64,000 nucleotides of DNA from Psammoneis japonica (lineage: Eukaryota): positions 558,001 through 622,000 of the forward strand of contig QPGO01000022.1 in the NCBI GenBank assembly GCA_008632985.1. The letters are read 5' to 3'. Made by a program: the position numbers and the translations under genes. Below, piece by piece: positions 45,209 through 57,733 of this stretch. Each line of letters begins with the position of its first letter. Positions within the stretch are counted from its first letter, which is position 1. The notes under the pieces were generated by a model that saw only the letters and a program-made list of their open reading frames with translations, was not told the DNA's origin and made no database searches.

Positions 45209-48200
45209 TCACTTTTTGCCACGGCGACGAATTCTAGAAATGGCACCACTCCCGGGCTTCCCTGAATCCCGTTTTGGACTCTTGCTCACAGCGCTACCCG
45301 TCGAAGATGTAGTCCGGTGGCTTTCACTCCGCACCATGGTTTGTTGAAGGTTATCGAGAGTCTCTGTTGAATCAGCTTCCACTTTTGCATACTCTGGCTC
45401 AGGTGGCCAGTCATAGAACCGTTGATACATCAAAGGAGAGTATGGCACAACAATGTGGTGAACCTTTGTTGGGTCGATCTGTCGGTACGCTGCTTGGCTG
45501 TTGCCCGACACGTTACTCTGGAAAAACGGCTCTTCTTCTGGCTCCTTCTCACTAGCACTTTTCTTAACCCGTTCGGGCTTTGGCCTGTTTACAAAGCGAC
45601 GGATCCGATCACCAAGGGCTAACCTAATAACGAGGTTCTGGATATCGGACGAAGTGATTGGTTAGAGCTGGGTGTCAACGCTTACAACGAAGGGCTTACG
45701 GAAGGTCCGTACACACTCGAACTTACCTGCGGTCCAACGAGGACCAACCCAACAACGAAGAGAACCGGTCGCCAAGGGAATAGATGCAGAACGACAGCCA
45801 CTAAAGGAACGAAAATGCTTATCCAAAATGAAAGGATTGGATCTTTCCAAGTAAAGATGTTGTACAAAGCGCGAATACCTTGAAGAAAAATCAAGGCTAT
45901 GCCAACAATAGGTTCAAGGAACAAACCAACTTTCGCCACAGCTTTGTTTGAATGCGAAAATTGTCCGCACTGCAGGCTTCTATCAAGCTGTGTCTTGGTA
46001 TCCTCCTTCACCTGCCGCTTTTTGACCTTTCGACGTGAAATAGTCCTGGAAAATCTAGCGTTTGGGTACTTTATGTCGTAGACTTTGTCGTTAAACCAAT
46101 GAAGTAGAATTGCATTCAGCCGTCCCTTAACCTTTTGCAACTCATCTGTTAGCTTCTTTTCCGATTTTCGCACGATGTCCATGTTCTGTGGGGGTGGCGG
46201 CCTTTGTGATGGCGGCACAGCCGTCTCCAACACGTCTACGTCGTTCTCTGAATAGGCAAAATTCTCGGAAGACGATTTATTCAGTCCACTAAATTGGTTG
46301 TGGGGAACACTGAATTCGTCAAGGACCGAAGAACCGTCTCCAAGTTGTTCGATCGCGTCAATCTCCCCATCATCATCATCTTCGTCACTCTCCAACAAAT
46401 CTACTTGAAGGGCACTCATCCTCCGCATCTTCTTTTCCGAAGATAAACGGGAAACCAGTGATTCCTTAACAGTAAATTTTGGATAATCATCGACAAAGTC
46501 TGAAAAAGGGAACTCAAGATGACCATGGTTTACCACACCGGAGACGTAGCTGTCGTCGTATAGTCCAAGCATTCTCAACAACTCTTTGCCTTTGGGTTGA
46601 TGAGTTGTGAAGACGTATTTCTCTAACGACACATCAAGAAATCTGTAGAACAGCTTCTCATCTTTGAAAGAATGCTCTTTCTTAACGTGCTCGAAAAGCT
46701 TGTATGACTTAACAAGCGCACGTCCAATTCGAACTGCATCCTTCCTTGACTTGGCAATGTTTGAGTTCACGAGAAAATCAACTCCGTCTGTACCGGTGAA
46801 CACATTCTTGTAGGACCTCAATCGATGTTTGTAGGTTCGAACAGGAACACCCGTCCTCATTCGCTCGGCGATCTCCCGAAGAGTCAAGCTAGTTTCAGTT
46901 TGTGAGGTAGGATCATCCTGTGAGCCCATTGAACGAGCTGAACCTTCTGGAGACATCAACGTGCTGGAACTGCCATCGAACACCGGGTTGTAAACCTGCA
47001 TACCGATTGGTGCAATACATGGCGGCTTTTGATCAGGACCACCAAACATTACCGCGTGCATCATTTCTTCCCATGTCGGCGGTTGGAATCCCCTCTGCCC
47101 CGGGCCGTCCATGCCGTATCTTGCATAATTTTTCCAAAGGTAAAGGAGCAGGAAAGACAAAAAGTGTCCAGGGAGATATGCGACGGAGTTTTGATAAACG
47201 CAGTGCATCCATGCAGCAAAGACAAACAAAGAAATGATCGGATTCTCCCACACAACAATTTTCTTGGCTTCTGGCCTCAAAATCATCCGGATTATCATGA
47301 TTCGGGTAAAATTGATCTCTCGCATTGTCGCCTTTAGTTGCTTGAAAGAAAAGTGTCCTTGCATGTGTTTTCCATGGACGGTCTTTGCAACATTCTGAAA
47401 GGCCGTTTCATCGTAGCAGCGAACTGTCGTACTTCGATTGGGCTGGATCTTGGGTACCTTTTTAGGCAGATATGATAACATGGCAGATCTTTCACTTTTC
47501 CAGTCGAGACGGAATCTCAACCGTACCGAGCCTCTCTGTCGACGTGCGTAAACGTGAGCTGATTCTCGAAGTGGCAGCGTCACATCATAAGTCGAGCTAT
47601 GTCGAAGCCTGGCGATGTCCACAACTACCCTACCAGCAAAATCGTCCCTCTCCTTCTCTCCGTCGTTGTCGAAGACACCGACGTAGAGCCGAGCATAAGC
47701 GTGAAAAAGCGGAAAGATACAGGCACGGCGCATTTTGCAAAGCCACATTGGGTTTGCCACATCGGGAATCGTGTCTGTTGAAAATGCGTACGCACCGCAG
47801 ACAAGGTAAACGACAGGATCAGTTTCTCCGACCACATCTAACTTTGGAAGCCCGAGGCACTGTAACACCTCAACTCGGAGCGTCCCAATTTCTTCACCCA
47901 TCCTCGAAGGTACTCTGAGGTCGTGGAAATGAGAGGAAGGCTTCTTCATTTCCAGTCGCAGTTCATCTCGATTGAACCTCACATTCGGGTAAGCGTAGCT
48001 TGGCTGCACAGTAAACTCCACGTCATCACCTTTCACCTTGCGCGCAATATCTTCAGCTTCAGTGAGAGCGGTTGCCATACTGGCCCTGCCCTGTCCCTTC
48101 AAGTTCATCTTTTCCCGAGCCATTTTCGATGCTAGAGCACTGCGTTCTCTCCCTGAAATCCGATTTCTCGAGAAGCGACCGGGACTCTCTTTGGTTGCGG

Positions 48201-48941
48201 AAGCTCCTGGATTCGACGACATGAGCCTACCCAATTTGACGAATGCTTCAACCCATAGGGACTTTTCGACTGAGCCTCGCGGACAACGGAAGACAAAGCT
48301 CACTCTGGAATCAGAGCCAGCGTTTGAAAGGTACTTATCGAGTCCAACAGAGCTATTGAGTACGGAAGCAACAGACTCTTCGTCGTCATCATCGTCCCCC
48401 ATCTCCTTTACATCAACATCATGTGCGTCCACATCAACGATAAACGACGGAGAATTCTCAACATCACGAGCAGTCCAATCAACAGTCGCAGGAAAATGTA
48501 TAGTGAGGGTCTTTGAATCGAGCGAGTACCCGCTGTTGTCAATACCTGAACTATCGTGAAAGCTGCTAAGAGCCTTTTTGTCCTTGCCTATGGCGTGATG
48601 ACACGAAAAGCTCCCGTCAGAAATGTTTAGTATAACGTATCGCCGTTTCCAGCCACCCATACCACGTTGCTTCTTTTGGTAGAGGGAACCCTCCAAGGAT
48701 TCTCGCGAAGACTCAGATCTCTGCGGTCTCCGAAACGAGTCGTTGTGGTCAAGGCTGTAATCTTCTTCATGTTCTTCTGAGATTGACGGAATTTGTGACT
48801 TGCTGGAAGAAGGTCGAACTAGCATGTTGCTTTTTCTTTTCAGCGGGGACTAATGCCTTGCAGATAGGAAAGGTGAGGGCGGAAGCGACGGGTTGATGCA
48901 ACGGGAAAAGTGCATACCAGTGCTCTATCTTCAATTCTCAT
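45209..48941 (-). CDS. PH-like/C2/DEP-domain membrane protein, copy 2; introns 48850-48917 and 45638-45726
   Basis: Near-identical to copy 1. It has an extra in-frame 8-codon first exon (MRIEDRAL). Confidence 0.85.
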
Positions 48942-49170
48942 TTTTGGCACCGGTATCTCGATCCTCGATCCAGATCCTCGTGTGACCTCGCGAAGCCACA
49001 ATCTTTTTTAAGGGTCGCGCGACGATGATTGCAGATACCAAGGTTCGCACGTAGGATCCTACTTACGAAGAATCCACATACTTGCGCACGCACTGGGGAA
49101 GTTCGTACTTGTACGTTAGAAAGGAGCGAGCTCGTACGGTACCGCCCGGTACTTTTTTGACGCTGCAACG

Positions 49171-49455
49171 ATGATGCGACCCGTCTCCAAACAGGCGCTT
49201 CGCCAGGCCACGAGGGCATCACAACGACGCAGTATGGCTGGTGGACCCTTTCCCTCTGGACTCAACGTGAAGAAGAACAAGTTTGTGGAGGAATGGAACG
49301 GACGTCGTGAAATTACAGAGAAGACATTTTTCGTCACCCCGAACAAAGTGCCGTCCGTCCTCATGTCGTGCATTCTTTTCCCCTACGCGATCTATGCATA
49401 CACTCGGGCTGAGTTTGTGAGTCAAGGCGACCGTCGATACAAAGAAATGTGCTAA
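49171..49455 (+). CDS. NDUFB4: Mitochondrial complex I subunit B15/NDUFB4-like
   Basis: Arg-rich presequence. KNKFVEEWNGRREITEKTF followed by one TM resembles the plant B15 motif KNKFIEDW..ARENLE. Confidence 0.7.
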   Translation: MMRPVSKQALRQATRASQRRSMAGGPFPSGLNVKKNKFVEEWNGRREITEKTFFVTPNKVPSVLMSCILFPYAIYAYTRAEFVSQGDRRYKEMC

Positions 49456-49688
49456 GAACCCCGTGGAGAGAGTTACAGTTCTTTCTTGGTCAAATCGTGG
49501 CGTACATGACGACTCGATAGCAGAAAGTACTGTCTACCTGTCTACCCGAAACGTTGTGGCACGGAAGTATGATCATGGCGTGTGGCGTAGCCGATATCCT
49601 AAGATTATTCTAGTGCAGGATAAGCTGCTTAATCATTTCTTGTTAATGAGTCTGTGAGTTCTGTAGCTATTGGAAGTCGGCAGAGAAA

Positions 49689-50924
49689 TCAACTTCTCTC
49701 TTTGCGTTCGAGCTTGCGGAGGTCTTCCACAACGTCGTCCATTGCTTTTCGAAGTTTAAATATAGTATCCAGAGAGTTTTGGTTGAACTTGTAGAGCCCA
49801 TAAAATAACTCAAAGCTGTCGGCTGCAGTGGTGCCAACCAATTTTAGAACGGACTCGAAACCCCGTGTGTCGATCGGCGTTGGCGACAACCCCTGTGCAC
49901 TCAAAATGCGACCCATCAAATGTGTTATGAACTGTGAGTTTGCGGCATACGCGTCGTGTTCCCTACAACTCATGGGAACCATACGGCATCCCTCCTCTTC
50001 CCAGATGGACAAGAAGCGTTCCAACCTATCCATCCCCTCAACGTGAGATTCGCTGTCCTCGTGAACCGAATGGGTCTTGCCATCCAAATCGACAAATTGT
50101 TCACTCCCTTCTGTCTGATGATCCTGTGGATCTAGAACTACCCTGTCCACACGGGTTCGTTCATAGACAAAGTTGAGACCATGCCAACCGTCCTTACCAG
50201 AATCCGGACCAAACATTGGATGGGTGCATAAGATGTCGCATTCCGCTGGAAGCGATTGCAACATGACCTCCCGTGCGTGCTCTTTGACGCTCAACACGTC
50301 AACAAACAAAGGTCCGTGTTTCACGCCGTTCTCGGCGCGTTTCTCAATATCTTTTTGAATCCAAGGGAGCAACTTCTTCACGGTGGGTTCAAAGCTCATA
50401 ATTGAAACAGCCAAAACTACAACATCAACACCTTCGTCAAAGAATGAGGCAGGGTCCGACAGTGGAACATACGTGACCCCCATGCCGTTTGCAATTTCCG
50501 TGTAATCTGACCTAGACGTCACAACGACACGTCCGTATTTGGCAAAAGTCCGTGCAATGAATTGTCCGAATCGACCAAAGCCTACGACACCAATTGTCAA
50601 CGGGCGAGATCGAATCGCATCAAGCTTTTCCTTGCGAACGGCGGCTAGCATTTCAGCCAGCTCCGCCTCCCTCTGTTTGAGTTCTTTCAGTCTTCCAGCC
50701 TTTTCTCCACCTCCATTTTCAGTACTTTCTCGATCTGAAGGAGCTTGACGCATTGGTGAAACGTGGGATAGTTTCGTCCTTTTCGCGTTCAGCGCGGATG
50801 ATTCATCCATTGGCAATCTTTCCAAAGGTTTACTTGTCACAAGTGCGTCACTACGACCACTCGATACGATAATATCACACGACAAGGCTAAGAACAGAAC
50901 CAGTGGCAGCGAGCACGGTCTCAT
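49689..50924 (-). CDS. tyrA: Arogenate/prephenate dehydrogenase with N-terminal signal peptide
   Basis: Motifs IGVVGFGRFGQF, DVLSVKEH, CTHPMFGPDSG and HDAYAANSQFITH. Confidence 0.9.
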   Translation of the reverse strand: MRPCSLPLVLFLALSCDIIVSSGRSDALVTSKPLERLPMDESSALNAKRTKLSHVSPMRQAPSDRESTENGGGEKAGRLKELKQREAELAEMLAAVRKEKLDAIRSRPLTIGVVGFGRFGQFIARTFAKYGRVVVTSRSDYTEIANGMGVTYVPLSDPASFFDEGVDVVVLAVSIMSFEPTVKKLLPWIQKDIEKRAENGVKHGPLFVDVLSVKEHAREVMLQSLPAECDILCTHPMFGPDSGKDGWHGLNFVYERTRVDRVVLDPQDHQTEGSEQFVDLDGKTHSVHEDSESHVEGMDRLERFLSIWEEEGCRMVPMSCREHDAYAANSQFITHLMGRILSAQGLSPTPIDTRGFESVLKLVGTTAADSFELFYGLYKFNQNSLDTIFKLRKAMDDVVEDLRKLERKERS

Positions 50925-51056
50925 AAGGAAAGTCCTTTGATTCCAGTCACTAGAGTCTTTGTTGAGTACGACTTGCGGTTTATTTTGTTGATTCAGATTG
51001 CTTTGCTTCCTTCTGGTTGTTTTTGTCCTTGATTTTTTGTGAGCGTTGTTTTGAGT

Positions 51057-54000
51057 TTAAAATAGAAGATTAAGGAAGCCTATGTAGAGCGGAAGGTAAC
51101 AGCAGAGGGAGGCACGGAGGTAGCTGTAGAGACGGTAGAGTAAAAGGGTCGATGGACGCAAGACGAAGGGCGTTTTGTGGAAGGTATGGGTGAGGAGGGG
51201 GCAGGGAGAGAGGAGGTGAATCGGAGGATGTGCGTAGAAAGGTGAAGAACAACGTTGTAGCCAAGAGTTTGGGTGGCCCACTGGGATGGGGTGGCTGTAC
51301 GGTAGGTGCTTCCAAAGCGATCGGCGGACAGGCGACGCCATGCGGAGTCAGCAGAGGGAAGGATTGCAGACGGAGACGATAAAGCGTAGAGGAAGGCGGA
51401 GTAGGAGGCATCGGAGTGACGAAGGTCAGAGGAAGAGGACCAGGGTGGCTTGGGCTGAGAGCAGACGGGGGGGGATGTAGAACCAAAGAGCAAGCGGTGG
51501 GCAAAGTAGCCGAGACCACCAAGGTGATCGACAGTGAAGGGGAGCAGGAAGATGCCATTGTTGTTGAGCGAAGAAACAACAAGGGATCCATCGGCAGAGG
51601 AAGTAGAGGGGCCAAGAAACTTCAATCTCGCACTCGAGTGGTGTGCCTCAGTTAAGATAGGAGAAGAGGGGGCAGGCAGACCTGGAGGAGGGCAAGAGGA
51701 AGCTTGAGGGACGGTGACGTCCACTGCAATGTAGTGATGGCGGGAGGGAGCGGAAAGGGAGGCGGGAGGGGGGACAGAAATGCCGACATCGGCGGGACGG
51801 AGAAGCGGGCGGGTGGGGAGCAGGTTGGTGGGTTCAAGATGAACGTCATTGGGGGATCGACAGAACTCTGCAAGAGGACCCAAAGTTTGGGCTAGGATGA
51901 AAACAGTGTCACGGAGACCATTGGAAAGCTTGGACTTGTGAGCACGGCGGCAAGAAAAGGCATGATCACCACAGGCGTCCAGAATGGCATGGCCACAGGG
52001 ACAGGGAGTGTTGACAAGGGACGGAGGAAGGATGGGGAGACAAGCTTACGAAGGGCGGCGACAGCGCAGGCGTCCGAAGAAAGGCGGGAGCTTGGAAAGC
52101 GACGAGAGAAGGAATGAAGAGGAAGGCTTGCAAGCGGAGACAGCAATGAAGGGAGTGAAGATTGCACGTCGTAAGATGAGTTAGCAAGGATGGAGGTCAC
52201 TGCTTGTTGCTGATGTTCGTGGTAGAGACGACGGGCCAGGCCGGGGAGAGTGGCCGATTTAACCAGGGCAGCCAAGGAAGAAGAGGAAAGGGTAGAGGCG
52301 GAAGCCAGACGGGAGCACAACGGCGGAAGAGCGCATGGAGTCGCAGGGAAGAGCGAGGGTTGGACCAGGAAGACAGGGAGAGCCGAAAGCAGCGCGGAAG
52401 GGAAACAGAAGCGCCAGATGGCAGGCTGACACCGTGCGAAGCAAAGCGGAACGAGCGGAGAAGCGACACCAAGAAGGAAGGAATGGCGGCAGCTGTTGGG
52501 TCCCGGAGACCAAACCCGCCTGAGGAGGCAGGAAGGAAGGCGATGGCAATAGAGTGGTCGGGAAAAGGAGCGGTGAAGGAAGTGACGTAGTGTAGAAAGC
52601 GGCGAGCAACGGTGAGGAGGAAATCTTGAAACGGAGAGGTCCAGAGAAAGGGGTCGGAAGGATTGTCGGGGTCGAAGTTGCAGTGGAAGTCAGCTCCAAG
52701 AAGGTGAGCAGAGGATGGAACAAAACAGTGCTTGAAGAGTTGAGCCTGGGTTTGTTCATCATGGAGACGGGTGAGAAGCACATCAACTTTGTCGGAGAGA
52801 GCAGAGGAGGTGTCGGAAAGGAAGGAGGTGGCGAAGTCGTGGGAGCCGAGGGGCTGTCCAAGGAAGCGAACACCAGAGGTGAGTTCGGGGTTGCAAGAGG
52901 GGTCATTGGTGGGGTTTAAGAAGGAAAGTGCAGCACGGAGAGAATCGGCGCGGGAAGGGGGAAGAGCAGGGATGGGGCTGACACTGGCAATGGAGGTGAG
53001 GATCTTGGTTTTACGGGAGGTTGAGGGAGATTCCGCAGGGAGCACCGAGGGCGGAGAAGCGTTCAAGGAACCATGGGAGTGCAGAATGGGGAAGGAAAGC
53101 ATGAGCATCATCAATGCAGGAGCCAACTGAGACAGAGGAACGGCCAGGGATGCGTTCTTGAAGTTCTTGGTTAATCGGACGAAGAACCAGAGAGAGGACT
53201 GGGCTGGCGAAGACAGGGCCGAGAGGGCATCCTTGGGCAAATCCCTCTTCTTGAAGAAAGGAGCCCCAGGAAGAATCGGGTCGGCGACACCAACATGTGT
53301 TGGAACTTTGACACAGAAGGTCAAAAAAAGGAAGCAGAGGATGAAAGGCAGGGGTGGAAGTGAGAACGTGTCGACAGGCATCTCGAGATGCTTCGTTGAA
53401 CATGTTGACGAGGTCAAGAAGAAGAAGAGCCTTGGCAGAGTCGGCAGAAGAAAGATGTCGTTCAATGTTGGCAAGAGCAGAGTGCATGAGATGATCGAGG
53501 CCACCTTTGACACCAATGCCAAATTGGCCATCTGGGAGGAGGCATTCGGCAAATGCAGAACCAAAGAGAGTCATGACGACGGAGCCGGCGATGCGACGAA
53601 GAGCAGCACCGACGCCAATGGGGCGAAGCTTGTTGAGGTCGCTGGCATCTTCATGCAAAGCGACAAAGTGGTTCGAAGCAAACAAGGAATGGACGGAGGA
53701 AGGAATGGAGCCATGGAGCAGAAGAAGGACAAGCTCACGAAAGGATGACAAGCAGGGGCGTTGAGCAACACCTGTTGGGGTTTTGGTGGAATGGAGGGCG
53801 CAGGACTTGAAAAGGTCGGCAGAATCAGCAAAAACACCGGCAGCAGTCCCAGGCTTACATTTGGAGAGAGCGGAAAGAAGAGCATTGGAGGAGAGCTCAA
53901 CAGGCTCATTGTGAAGGGAGGAGGCCGAGCGAGTTGAAGGAGGATTGGGCAGGTCGGAGGGGTGCAGGCGAGGAGGGTAGAGCTTGAGGATGGCAGGAAG

Positions 54001-56050
54001 GCGCTCAGGAGTGACGGCAGCAACAGGAAGCGCAGAGGTGAGCTTGGAGCAGGCCGAGTGAAAGTCATCTTCGTCGGCGCAAACATGAGCAGAGTGGCAA
54101 CAGGTGGAAGCAGAAAAGTCGGGGGAAGATGAGGAGAGGCGTGGCGTGTGGGAGTGGGCTTCGTGGTAGAGTTGGCGAATGCAGCCACGGCGGAAGAGGG
54201 ACAAGCGGGAGGCAATGGTGGGGCCAAACTTGGAGCGTGGCGGGACAGGAGCAAGAATGAGAGCTTCAAAGAGTAAGAGCAGCTTCCAGAAGGGAGTGGA
54301 GTCACGTTGCCACATAGGAATGAGGTGGGAGGGGTCAGAGAGAGGCTGGGAGGCGGCCAACACCCAGCTTGTCACATGATGGAGAGCAGAGCAGAGTTCC
54401 TTGCGGGCGGAGGACGAGAGCTTGTGGCGGCAGGAAGCTCGGAAAGGCGGAGGCTCGAGTGCAAGAGCATGGAGCCATTGTAGCGAGGGGCCCCAGTCAC
54501 CTAGATTGTGGAAGGACGAGAGAACAATGTCAGTGTCAAGGGAAGAGCGAGGAGCGAAGTGCTTGTTCTGCAAGTGATTGCAAAGGTGGGTGGCAGATGG
54601 GCAGGTGCATTGGCTGTGATTGCAATGCCTGCAGACATGCAAACCAGCGGCATCGAAGAAGGACGTAGGTGCATGAGAAAGCGAGAGACGGGGATGCTCC
54701 TGGCGAAGATGGCTGTGCACAGAAGTGGGAAGGGATGATGCATCAATGGAAGGAGGGGACCAGGAGCAGAAGGGGCAAGTTGGCGGGGCACGGGCTTCGG
54801 TGGGTTCCACGAGGCGATGAGATCGCGGAGGGAGTCGATGTCAGGGGCTGCAGCCCGGATGGCTTCTTCGTAGAAAGGTTGCCAGGTAGAAAGGCGGGCC
54901 GGGCAGCAAGTGCCTGTGAAGGCATCAAGGACATCCAAGAGTTCCATCTCGCGCTGGGACTGCTGGGGATAAACCGAGTCATCAGATTCGGTCTGCACAA
55001 TTGCATCGGGAGCGGTGGGGGGCGGAGAGGTCTGCAAAACTACGGCAGGAATGGCGGGGGGCGGAGAGAGAGTGTCGGGAGAAGAGTGGGGACGTTTGGA
55101 GGGAGGAGGCTCGGTGGTGAGGGAGCGGGCTTGGGGAGGATGGGAGGAAGGAGATGCAGTGGCAGGGAGCGGATCTTGGGGCTTGGGGAGCTGCCAGTCT
55201 TGAGCAAGCAGCTCAAGGGCACGACACGAGAAAGAATCTCGAGAGGGAGCGGGCGGTTGAAGAGCAGCAGAGGCGTGGGATGGGGAAGTCACACTGTCGT
55301 CATGGGCAGATTCCGCCACAGAGGTGAGGAGATCCAAGGGAAAGCCGGGACAGTTGTGTGGGTTGGCATCCACAAGAGCAATTGTGCACGGAGACGGGAA
55401 AAAGAGCAGCTTGTACTTGATTGGGAGGGAGTCATGAGCAGAGAAGATGGGGGTGAGGGAGTGAAGATTGGTTGTGGCAAGGAGACGACTGATGCCAGGT
55501 TGGGTGAGAGGAAGAAGAAGACGGTCAGAGATGACCACTTTCATGTTGCTCTGACGTGAAATGAGCTCGGAGAGGGCGTTGTAGGTGGAAGCAAAGTTGG
55601 CCGGGGCTGGGAAGGGAATGATGGCAGTGGAGGTCCCCAGGATGGAGAAGGAGGCAGGTGGCGCATTGGATGGATTGGTGACATGAAGCAGGGTGTTCCA
55701 GACGGCATCGGAGGCAGTAGAAATGTAAAAAACTGGAAGAGAGCGGCGTCGCGCCTGGGCCGAGTTAGTGGGGTATTGCGAAGGACGAATTCCAACGAGA
55801 TTAAGAAAGGTGGGATGGTCTCGGAAGGATTGAAGGATGGGATTGGTCGCAGTGCTGGAGATCTTGCCAACAAGGAAGGAATAAAGGCGGGATAGAAGAA
55901 ACTCAGAAGTACGTCGAGAAGAACCGTAGAGGGTTGGAGAGGGGCCAGCAAGGACACCATGAGCCTTTTCTTCGAAAGAGTTGCAGGCCGGGATCATAAA
56001 GGTACAGTGCCGAGCCCAAGGATTATCGGTTTTCGCGCTTCAGCTCTTAT
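51057..56050 (-). mobile_element. Decayed CRE-clade non-LTR retrotransposon (zinc fingers, RT, restriction-like endonuclease); ends approximate
   Basis: C2H2-like CPFC..HLRQEH. RT motifs LRPIGVG, QFGIG, DLVNMFN, GFAQGCPLGP, SCIDD, FLGQPLG and LPASSGGFGL. RLE motifs RPADV..AVDVTV. Several frameshifts and stops. Upstream ORF 54501-55997. Confidence 0.85.
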
Positions 56051-56325
56051 GCATGCGCGCCTGACCTACAGACCACGCACTTCATCCCAGCCGTCCGATT
56101 TTCTGTCGGTGGACAGGCGGAAACAAAAATTTAAAAATGACAAAAATGAGCTCATTCCGCCAATTTCCAAATTTTAAAATTCCAGAATGACCCTCACAAC
56201 ATATTCAACATTCCCCACAAAATGATGCTCGAGATAGATAGACAGCGTAGACAGCTCTCGAAAACAGTCACAGTCGCTCCAAGAAGTTAGTATACTTTTT
56301 ATATTGACTGCAAAGGGACACGAAC

Positions 56326-56991
56326 ATGTCTGAAGAAAACGTTGCCGCTGGAAATGGTCCGAAAGAGAGAGAGAAGAGCACCAACATCCAATGGCATCCG
56401 CATGCTGTGACTCGCGCCGATCGGTGGAAGCTATCTGGTCATAGCGGGGCTGTGGTTTGGTTCACCGGATTGAGCGGTAGTGGCAAGAGTTCCGTTGCGA
56501 ACGAGGTTGATTACATGCTCAACAGTAGTGGGAAAAGGACTTATCTGTTAGACGGGGATAATGTCCGTCATGGGCTCTGTAGCGACCTGGGTTTTTCGGC
56601 GGAAGACCGCACCGAAAACATACGTAGAGTGGGAGAGGTAGCGAAGCTCATGGCGGATGCTGGTGTTATAGTTTTGATAGCTTTCATTTCGCCCTATCGC
56701 TCGGACCGCGATGCAGTTCGAAAAAAGTGCTGCCAAGACGCAAAGCAGAAAGTTCCCTTTGTTGAGATTTACGTCGAAGCCAGTTTGGAAACTTGTGAAG
56801 GGCGCGACCCCAAAGGACTGTACAAAAAAGCACGAGCAGGTTTGATTCCAAACTTTACGGGAATAAATGATCCTTATGAAGCCCCAGAGAATCCTGAGAT
56901 TCGCCTCAATTCGAATGAAAGATCCATTCAGCAACTTGCGGAGGACGTGACTTCGTGGATGGAGAGAGAAGATCTGTTAGGGAGTTCTTAA
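56326..56991 (+). CDS. cysC: Adenylyl-sulfate (APS) kinase
   Basis: Motifs [38 protein letters not shown] and [11 protein letters not shown]. Confidence 0.95.
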   Translation: MSEENVAAGNGPKEREKSTNIQWHPHAVTRADRWKLSGHSGAVVWFTGLSGSGKSSVANEVDYMLNSSGKRTYLLDGDNVRHGLCSDLGFSAEDRTENIRRVGEVAKLMADAGVIVLIAFISPYRSDRDAVRKKCCQDAKQKVPFVEIYVEASLETCEGRDPKGLYKKARAGLIPNFTGINDPYEAPENPEIRLNSNERSIQQLAEDVTSWMEREDLLGSS

Positions 56992-57733
56992 CCACCGTTA
57001 ATTCCCCAAACAATGTACTGGTGCAGGAAATCCAATCGTCTATCGCTTCTTTCTTTTAGCTTAATTGCTTCTTTAGTTGGTTGATCGCGTGCTTGCGACA
57101 AACAGGAAGAGCACCCGCCTGTTGTTTCGGTCAGACAAGTGTGCCCTAAATTATACATAGCACGGTAGATGATCAAGTTCAAAGTGCAACTCATGATACA
57201 GCTAGCATCTCTCCAATGCTGATCAATTGTAAAAGATGCTCCCTTGCAGCAGTTCTGCGGGTCAAGGGGTGCTGGGGTCAGAGCATGCAGCACTCCTGTT
57301 TCCAACAGTCACCGTAACTTCGTTTGATGACGTCGCCTCGTTCAACAAGGGAAAATCCTCTTCAGAGCCATAACGTAGCTTCCGTTTCGCTTGAATGTGC
57401 TTTCTTTCGTTTCTTCCAACCTCTCGCGATTATTTTGCCTCCGACAGCGACACGGCTGCATGCTAACTGTAGTGTCGACCGACCAAGTCTACTGGTAACC
57501 ATTCAGAGTACGGTGGACAAACAAAGCATGCACCTCACCTTTTTGTTGTTGGCGCGAATCATAGCCATCTTGCTGGTCAGATTGGAGGAGTAGACGAAGC
57601 TACTAAAAGTATCGACTGAGTGGTGCCTGCCCGACAATAAATAGAGAATCTGTTGGCACTGAAAACGACGGACCTCTCATCGACGTTAACGAAGGAGCAA
57701 TCGCAGGAAAGTAACTCGGTACTTTAAGAAGTC

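Larger units (their letters stand above)
43213..48990. repeat. Mosaic segmental duplication: 43213-44792 copies ~9185-10661 and 44792-48990 copies ~37619-41828
   Basis: Direct sequence comparison. The junction CTCACCATGAC|GGATGACATCG shares 1 bp. Confidence 0.9.

Noticed and set aside
49689..56991. Bacterial operon or recent HGT of tyrA/cysC/purC
   Set aside because: The genes are separately oriented. tyrA has a eukaryotic signal peptide, purC has spliceosomal introns, and their composition matches host genes.
56988..57700. Possible small spliced gene on the minus strand
   Set aside because: A GTGAG donor is present, but no splice choice gave a convincing ORF.
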